Part shown: piece after piece, positions 55,918-64,000 of the stretch | Layout: every line of letters begins with the position of its first letter | How positions within the stretch are numbered: the stretch's first letter is position 1 | Origin: Trichoplax adhaerens | Lineage: Eukaryota > Animalia > Placozoa | Assembly (NCBI RefSeq): GCF_000150275.1 | Contig: NW_002060987.1 | Coordinates: 23,926 to 87,925 of the forward strand | Length of the DNA stretch: 64,000 nt | Direction of reading: 5' to 3' | Program-made: the position numbers and the translations under genes | The notes under the pieces: model-generated | Told to the model about the DNA's origin: nothing | Database searches by the model: none | Seen by the model: the letters and a program-made list of their open reading frames with translations, nothing else

Positions 55918-57249
55918 TATATGCTGCGTGGCATACATTATGCTACAGGCGTACAGTACAGTGAATATGTGTTGCAAGTATGCGTTCGTATGCCGTCGCT
56001 ATCCCTATGTACAGTACATGCATGTAAAGTCCCTTTGTAAACAAGATTTTTAAATTTGGTACCAGGATAAGTTTTGGAAATGTATATATAATATTCTTTT
56101 CTTTCATATATATATTTTAACTATATACAATTCTATAGTATTGGGTTGGACTAGTCATTTATTGGATCAGAGCGTAACATGACATGAGTACGCTCTTTGC
56201 TATGCCCACAAAATACTGTATGTAATTCATTTTTTGAAAACCTGTTTTAAATATTTGTTATTGGCAAACTACACGGTATACTACTTAAAGCCGTAATTTA
56301 TTATCGTAGCCAGAATGTCTTGAACAATATTGGATTGGATAACTGTAAATTGATATATTGCCGTGCCTATGCTAAAACAGTATAAAACATTCAAAATTAA
56401 GGAAAAATTAAAATACAGTATCGCTTTCGACTACCTTTCACTCAACATGCAATCCTACGAGTGTTGGGGATACCAATGCCAATCACTACTGCACTTGGCT
56501 CTCCCATATATAATTTATTGTGGACGCATAGATTTATTAAGGGATGATTGTGTAGAAATGTACAAAATTCTATTACGAACGAATGCATTTTTATTTGATG
56601 GCGGTATTACCTTTGCCGCAACCAAACTATGCAACAGTTTAATTATCGATTAAATAGTGCCACTAGTGGATTTTACCAAGCCATCTCTTTATAATAATTA
56701 TTATGTCATAGTCACTATACAGTACATGATAGTTAAAATTTTTCAGCAAGACAAATCAACTGGATAAAATACACACAATACTCTGCAACAAAGCTTTGTG
56801 GAATAACGTTACACCATTCGAGTTGCTAGGTATACTTTCGAAAATAGCAGCATGATTGCAGCAACATGCACCATTTATATCAATTCTATCATGCATTATT
56901 ATGCAACATTTAAAGAATTTTTAATTCAATTAGCTACTATAGATACTCAACGAACAAGATTGAAATGAATAACATTGGCCACTAGGTAAAGCCAGTATAT
57001 TTACGTTAAATTTTCGACCAGCTGCATGATTATTTATACATGAATACCAGACACAAACATCCATTAATAACAAGTTAAATAAACGAGATTGAAAACTTTA
57101 TCACATGTAATGTACAATGAGTACAGTATTACGACCATAGGGAATCCAACTGTACATCATCAAGAAATAATGTACAATAATAGACTGGCCATCCACGATC
57201 CTCCGTCGAATTTTTTAAATTGGAATTAGCCAATCAATCAAGTGGTACT

Positions 57250-57622
57250 NNNNNNNNNNNNNNNNNNNNNNNNNNNNNNNNNNNNNNNNNNNNNNNNNNN
57301 NNNNNNNNNNNNNNNNNNNNNNNNNNNNNNNNNNNNNNNNNNNNNNNNNNNNNNNNNNNNNNNNNNNNNNNNNNNNNNNNNNNNNNNNNNNNNNNNNNNN
57401 NNNNNNNNNNNNNNNNNNNNNNNNNNNNNNNNNNNNNNNNNNNNNNNNNNNNNNNNNNNNNNNNNNNNNNNNNNNNNNNNNNNNNNNNNNNNNNNNNNNN
57501 NNNNNNNNNNNNNNNNNNNNNNNNNNNNNNNNNNNNNNNNNNNNNNNNNNNNNNNNNNNNNNNNNNNNNNNNNNNNNNNNNNNNNNNNNNNNNNNNNNNN
57601 NNNNNNNNNNNNNNNNNNNNNN
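57250..57622. other. Assembly gap
   Basis: Run of N. Confidence 1.
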
Positions 57623-57842
57623 TCACACAGAGCCTAATACTAAGTACTGTTCATAGCAGAAAGATATTTATCAAATCTATCGTTCATTCATTTCTTCTTG
57701 AAAGCGTTATAAGGAAATAATGGATTCGCTATCTGCTATAACTACTGTTTACAACGACCGCATTTGCAACCGATTCTAAAATCAATCAAGGCAAGTTTCC
57801 GTGGTGAAACAGTCATCGCTATGGGTTAGTGTTTATACTTAC

Positions 57843-60098
57843 ATGACATGGGCGCATTACTGAGTTGCTTGCGTATATGATCATTGGTGAATTTGACGAA
57901 AGCTTCATATTGTTCTATAAAATACAATGGCAGGTTAGTCTTGAATTGGAAATCCAATAGATCCATTTCTCTTTTTCTGATCAACTACACAACAATTCAA
58001 TCCATCAAAGTCTAACTAAGACACAATTAGAAAACTACTACATTACAATGAATTCTTTTTTAAAATGGACTTTAGTCAAGGGCAAAAAATGAATGGCTAA
58101 ATAGGTAAGTCAATAAAATCATCGTTCTATTCTCCTCGACGTAATCCACATCTATTTCATAATGTCGGTCTAGAAGAAACTGCTTTGACTGTAAAATACC
58201 ATCCAGTGTCAAGTTACAACGTATAACGTATGGTCTGATAATGAGAAAAAAAAGGAGCAAAGCGTCCTCGTTTGCAACGACACCAGCTTCCTCCATGGCA
58301 TTACAAAGTATGATTGCCAGCCAAATGGACAAGAAACTCGTTTCAACTTCTTTGACTGTAGTAAAATATCCATTACAGCGTGTAAAGTAATGTACGATGA
58401 TTTTAAAAAAAAAAGGAGCAAAGCGTCCTCGTCTGCTAGTACAGCCAGTTTCCTCCATGATTGCTAGCCAAATGGACAAGAAACTCGTTTCAACTTCTTT
58501 GACTGTAGTAAAATATCCATTACAGCGTGTAAAGTAATGTACGATGATATTAAAAAAAAAGGAGCAAAGCGTTCTCGTCTGCTAGTACAGCCAGTTTCCT
58601 CCATGACATTACAAAGCATGATTGCCAACCAAATGGACAAGAAACTCGTTTCAACTTATTTGACTGTAGTAAACTATCCATTACAGCGTGAAAAGTAATG
58701 TACAGCACGATGATTTTAAAAAAAAAAAAGGAGCAAAGCGTCCTCTTCTGCTAGTATAGCCAGTTTCCTCCATGACATTATAAAGCATGATTGCCAGCCA
58801 AATGGACAAGAAACTCGTTTTAACTTATTTGGCTGTAGTAACTATCCATTACAGCGTGAAAAGTAATGTACGTTACGATGATTTTAAAAAAAAAGGAGCA
58901 AAGCGTCCTCGTCTGCTAGAACAGCCAGTTTCCTCCATGATATTACAAAGCATGATCGCTAAGCAAATGGACAAGAAATTCGTTTCAACTTATTGGACTG
59001 TAATCAAATAGCATCCAGCATCAAGTCACAACGTGTCATGAGTAATAAAAAAAAATGGAGCAAGGTGTTCTCGTGTTCAAAGACACCCAGTTTCTTTGCA
59101 TGGCATCACAAAGCATCGATCGCTAGTCAAACTTGTGCAACGCGTTGTATTGATTCCTTTCTAATTTTTTTTTTACACATTGTATTGATGGATGGAAAAG
59201 TCGGAACGGGTAATCCAAAAGTCCATGACGATGACATGCATGGATCGAAAAGAAAGCGACTAGCATCGATTGGTACTTACCGGCCAATTTGGTGGTTAAT
59301 ACTTTATCGTACTCTTCCCTTAGGTCATTTTCGCGTTGCTTGAGCATTTTCTGACAAAAGGCAATGACTTCAGTAAAAGTGAATAATGGCATATCTTTCT
59401 TTCCATGGGCAATGAGGCTGTGACATTCATCCGTTGCCGATGTCGGTAAAGAAATGGGGCCACTATCATGGCCGTTCTCGTCAAAATTCAATATTCGCCT
59501 TCTCTTTAAAATTCGCTTATATTCCAGCTGGACATTTTGCCTTAATTCATCTAAAGGGAAGAAGATGAAGAATCAACAACACTGTATGACGGCATTTTGT
59601 CTACCATCGCTATCAAGACCACTACAGCTATTCCAATATGGCCGATGGTGGAAAGGTCAACGATCTTTGTAGACTTGTTTCTCCATTGCAATCCAACAGA
59701 GTGATGTTGTTTGAAGTTGGGTGTCTTGACTGGGAATTCTTCTTGCAAGTGTTGGATTGGTGTTGATGTTGTTGCAACACTGTTGTCCAACACCGTCGAC
59801 CGCCATTGCTCGATCATTTTTGCTAACCCACTTCAACTTGTATTCCCTTTCTGTCTACTCGATCATTGTCTCCCTTCATTGGCTACTACCCTATTTCATC
59901 CTTCCACTTACCCGTATCGACGCTATGGCTTAACGGAAGAAATACTTTGGATGGCTGAGCTGGTGTCGCTGGTGCCGATTGAGGAGAAATGGATAAATAT
60001 CTTCTTCGCTTACTTGGATGATGATGACTACCACTACTATTACTATGGCCGGGTAAAGGATCGAAATCTAAACGTCGCTTGAGCGTTGCGCAAGCCAT
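57843..60098 (-). CDS. AKIRIN: Akirin (final few codons not located, possibly in the gap)
   Basis: Exon 60098-59912 MACATLKRRLDFDP..PSKRRR; exon 59550-59281 ..PLFTFTEV..CQKMLKQRENDLREEYDKVLTTKLA; exon 57914-57843 EQYEAFVKFTNDHI..PMS followed by a phase-1 donor. Confidence 0.93.
58165..59131. repeat. ~160-bp tandem repeat (about 6 units) in akirin intron 2
   Basis: An A-run followed by GGAGCAA recurs at 58254, 58415, 58561, 58730, 58895 and 59057 (periods 146-169). Central units are nearly identical and terminal units are diverged. Confidence 0.95.
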
Positions 60099-61534
60099 AA
60101 CCAAACCAATTGGATCGTTACAAGGGCCCAATTCAATTCCACTACTATCCAAAGATAAATCAATGCAGATGTTGCCGATCAACGACGGATAGTCTTCCAA
60201 ACAACAGCAACAAGGGAGGAAAAAAATCCAATGGAGCCAACAACAGCCACTCAGGAAAATGGACGCACTGGTTTACTATAGGATTGAGCAGTGAAAAATG
60301 ACGACCGATGAGATAGAGCTTTGGTTTATATGGATTCCACCCAGAGTCTTGGACAGATGGCAGTCGTGACGAATGACGTTTGGGGGGCAATCGACTGGAT
60401 GCGAGCAGTCTACTTTCATAGTCATTCCTATACTCTGCACGACTGTTTGCGGTATCGACCCGACTGGATTGGCTAAGCCTTGCTTCACCTGTCACCAAGT
60501 GACGCTTCCCTAGTCATAGGGAAGGCGTCGAATTGGGTGACACTTGCCTCATACTGGACCATGGTGATAGCGCTGACTGAGTTGGGGTATTTTTGATCAT
60601 TGGTATTTGAATGACTTGTAAGACTAGTCTAAGCAGTGCTATTTAATACACTACCCTTCGACAAGGATGACGTCCCATAGTCTTACGGGATACTCTACCC
60701 TTTGAGGATAACATGGTCCAAAATGGCCTGCATGCGATGTTACCCTTGTTTGCCCACCCTACCTCGCCATGGCACCCTTGGACTACCCTCGAGGATGTTA
60801 CCCTGGTGCATTGTCGACACCTTTTCTCTGTCATGGCCCGTCTATTGGCTTCCAGTCATGTCTTACGCGATCGTCTAGGAAGTACTTCTTTCAATGGAAG
60901 CATCATCAACGGAATAGAACGATTTCCAGTTGGAGTTATTCGATGGCATCAAGATCGAGTTCAAAGTCTTGATTTCAATTTGCATGTCCATGGTAGACTT
61001 GCACGTCACGCTGCTGACTGGTCTTCAACCACTACATGCTTTTGTATTACTTGTACGACATGTTCAAGCACCAGTACAGTACACTACACCAAGACAGAAA
61101 ACAAAGGTCGACGTTGTCATGAGTCATACGTCATGACTCATAACAACATCATGGACCAATCACAATCAATCACCCAATCCATGCTTAGAGGAAGTCACTT
61201 TGTATGCGCTTGGATGAAATAAAGAGATCCAATAGTAAAGCATTGGACATTAACTCATACCTGCGTCTACCGATACGCCCAGTATACGGATTTCCCCATC
61301 CATCGTGACAGGGCGACTTGCAGTCCATTCAATCCATGGCTTGACAAGAAGCCATTGAAATGAAAATGGCCAAATTAGAAATTCAAAATCACACTTGTAG
61401 AAAGCTGCTTTTCCAGCCTACTGTAGTAATGAGCAGTGTACTGCATTGGGGACTAATTAGTACTGTAGTTAGAGTATTCAGTGATGTAAATAGTTCTTCA
61501 TCGATCTCTGAAACAAACGTAGCATTAGGTCAAT

Positions 61535-62820
61535 GATGGCAATGCTTCTTCTTGCTTTTTGTCCATTTTGTCCTGATGGACTTTATTAGCATGCTCTGTC
61601 ATTTCATTGCTAGAGGCTCGCTATCAAGCCTGTCCCTCCGGTTCCTTCGTACTCATAGAAAAGCTCTATTTGAAAAATTCTAGGAACAAACATAGCTAGT
61701 TTAATTTAGGCAATACTTCCTCTTTCTTTTTGTCCATTTTGTCCTGATGGACTTTATTAGCATGCTCTGTCATTTCATTGTTCCTTTCGTACTCATAGAA
61801 AAGCTCTATTTGAAATATTCTAGGAACAAGCACAGCGAGTTCAATGTAGCCATTACTTCCTCTTTCTTTTTGTCCATTTTCTCCTGATGGACTTTATTAG
61901 CAAGCTCTGTCGTTTCATTGCAAGAGACTCCCTATCAAGCCTGTCCCTCTGGCTCCTTCTTGCTCTTAGAAAAGCTCTATTTGAAATATTCTAGGAACAA
62001 GCACAGCGAGTTCAATTTAGCCATTACTTCCTCTTTCTTTTTGTCCATTTTGTCCTGATGGACTTTATTAGCAAGCTCTGTCGTTTCATTGCAAGAGACT
62101 CCCTATCAAGCCTGTCCCTCTGGCTCCTTCTTGCTCTTAGAAAAGCTCTATTTGAAATATTCTAGAAACAAATACAGCAGTTGCAGCATGAGTTCAATCT
62201 AGGCATGACTTGCTCTTTATTTGTCCATTTTGTCTTGATGGACTTTATTTGCATGCTCTGTCATTTCATTGCAAGAGGCTCCCTATCAAGCCTGTCTCTC
62301 TGGTTCCTTCTTGCTCATAGGAAAGCTCTATTTGAAATATTCTAGAAACAAATACAGCAGTTGCAGCATGAATTCAATCTAGGCATGACTTGCTCTTTAT
62401 TTGTCCATTTTGTCTTGATGGACTTTATTTGCATGCTCTGTCATTTCATTACAAGAGGTTCCCTAACAAGCTTGTCTCTCTGGTTCCTTCGTGCTCATAG
62501 GAAAGCTGTATTTGAAATATTCTAGAAATAAGTACAACAGTTGCAGCATGAATTCAATCGAGGCAATGCTTCCTCTTTCTCTTTTATGTCCGTTTCGTCC
62601 TAATGTACTTATTGGTATGATCTGTTTTTATTGAAAGTAATCTCGCTAGAAACAAATACAGCAGTTGCAGCATGAATTCAATCGAGGCGATGCCTCCTCT
62701 TTCTCTTTTATGGCCGTTTCGTTTTAATGTACTTATTTGGTAAGATCGGTTTTAATTGAAAGTAATCTCGCTAGAAACAAATACAGCAGCTACAGCATGA
62801 ATTCAATCAAGGCAATGGTT
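61535..62820. repeat. ~170-180-bp tandem repeat upstream of akirin, grading into a ~125-bp variant
   Basis: TTGTCCATTTTGTCCTGATGGACTTTATT recurs near 61559, 61730, 61870, 62041, 62221 and 62401. Shorter variants lie near 62586 and 62710. Confidence 0.95.
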
Positions 62821-62832
62821 TCTCGGATCGAA

Positions 62833-63114
62833 AGTAATATCCGACTCCTACAATTTTTATACACTTCGATAGTATTTTCGTACTGTTGATACGAAGAGAG
62901 TATCAGTTCGTCGTCATTCAATCATAACGGAAAGTCAATGAAAATGGCTTGTCCAAAGCTTCTTTACAGTGGTAGTCACTTTTCTACCTACTGTAGTTAT
63001 AGAGCAGACATCACTACAGTAAGAGCTGGATCGTAAAGGCAGATTGCCTACCGCTTTGTTGCAATCTTCTTAATTAATTAAAATCTATAAAAACTGTAGG
63101 AGTCGGATACTACT
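62833..63114. mobile_element. MITE-like element with 29-bp terminal inverted repeats
   Basis: AGTAATATCCGACTCCTACAATTTTTATA (62833-62861) and TATAAAAACTGTAGGAGTCGGATACTACT (63086-63114) are reverse complements at 27/29 positions. The interior is non-coding and no clear target-site duplication is visible. Confidence 0.65.
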
Positions 63115-63129
63115 GTTGAATAGTGTTGA

Positions 63130-63335
63130 TCCGTTTCCTCTTTCTCTTTCATGTCCGTTTCGTCCTAATGTACTTATCGGTATGATCTGCTTTATTGAAA
63201 GTAATCTCGCTAGAAACAAATGCAACAGCTGTAGCATGAATTCGATCGAGGCAATGGCTTCCTCTTTCTCTCTTTATGTCCATTTCGTCCTAATGTACTT
63301 ATTTATTGGTATGGTCTGTTTTTATTGAAAATAAT
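63130..63335. repeat. Continuation of the ~125-bp repeat variant after the inverted-repeat element
   Basis: TCCTCTTTCTCTTTxATGTCCxTTTCGTCCTAATGTACTTA..GAAAGTAAT units near 63136 and 63260, with a remnant near 63610-63680. Confidence 0.8.
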
Positions 63336-64000
63336 ATCGGAATCAACTCGTTTCTTGGAAACGGTCCCAAACCAACACCACAATTTGAGCACGAGTTCAG
63401 AAATGCTTTCTCGTTTTTTATTTTTTAATTTTGCCGTGATGAAGTGATTGGCCTTGTCTATTGCAATCCTTGTTATAGATTTAGTGTCAGGACATTTTTG
63501 AAAATATCTACAATCATTCATGCAATGATATCCGGTTTCAAGCGAGCTCCGGGTTACTACTTTTACAAAAGTTATTCAACTCTTCTCCAAATAAACACAA
63601 CTATTAGAGCATCAGTTTAATTTAGCCCATGCTTGCTCCTCTTCTATTTCCATCCATTTCGCCCTGTTTTACTTAATTGCATGGCCAATTAGTATCACTG
63701 TTTTAGGTTTAGGATCAGAATTTACTGGCAAATTACATATGAGTGACAATAAAAAACTATCCATTTTGTACAACAGTCAATTCATTATACTCGTATTTAG
63801 TTGGTAAATTATTAAAAGAAGAAGCATTGACTACTTACTGTATGTCAAGCTAATACTCGAGTCTGCTGTTTATTTCTAGGATATTTAATGTTACATAGAA
63901 TTAGAAGTGATGAGGATTAAGACGATTTATATATATAGAACAGTGACTAGCACACAGTTCGCGATACTTGGCGTAGTTCTTTACTAAGCGGAATGCTCAC

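Noticed and set aside
57220-57720. ORFs spanning N runs
   Set aside because: Artefacts of the assembly gap.
57623-57842. Final akirin exon
   Set aside because: Phase-compatible acceptors near 57732 and 57675 give YSESIISL* or YLINIF.., neither matching the conserved YxS* end. Left unresolved.
60600-61320. 169-aa ORF and CTACCCT..GAGGAT recurrences upstream of akirin
   Set aside because: No recognisable protein features, and only three loose motif copies. Probably UTR or promoter DNA.
58165-62820. Tandem arrays as CRISPR arrays or coding repeats
   Set aside because: Whole units repeat without unique spacers, unit lengths break frame, and the context is eukaryotic.

Overview
AT-rich, compact eukaryotic (animal) genomic DNA with many short (about 60-120 nt) GT-AG introns; the style resembles a placozoan such as Trichoplax (inference only). 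Genes from left to right: TMEM181 (+), containing a clear U12-type AT-AC intron; RWDD1 (+); a roughly 2,700-aa sucrase-isomaltase/maltase-glucoamylase-like gene (-) with a signal anchor, a very long Ser/Thr stalk and two trefoil+GH31 units; RCAN/calcipressin (-); tRNA-His(GTG) (+); an intronless 666-aa multi-pass membrane protein I cannot assign (+); two tandem, strongly diverged full-length copies of REV3L, the catalytic subunit of DNA polymerase zeta (+); an assembly gap; and akirin (-), with a ~160-bp tandem array in intron 2 and a ~170-180-bp array plus a MITE-like element upstream. Most notable observations: (1) tandem REV3L paralogues with complementary motif loss and a local double 1-nt lesion in copy 1; (2) the first GH31 domain has lost its catalytic nucleophile (WIDMNE to WINKNE), and a 3.5-kb internal block of that gene has no introns; (3) clusters of TACAG/CTGTA pentamers sit just upstream of most housekeeping genes and look like a lineage-specific promoter signature. 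Exon boundaries were traced by eye from splice signals and remembered protein homology; no database searches were run.
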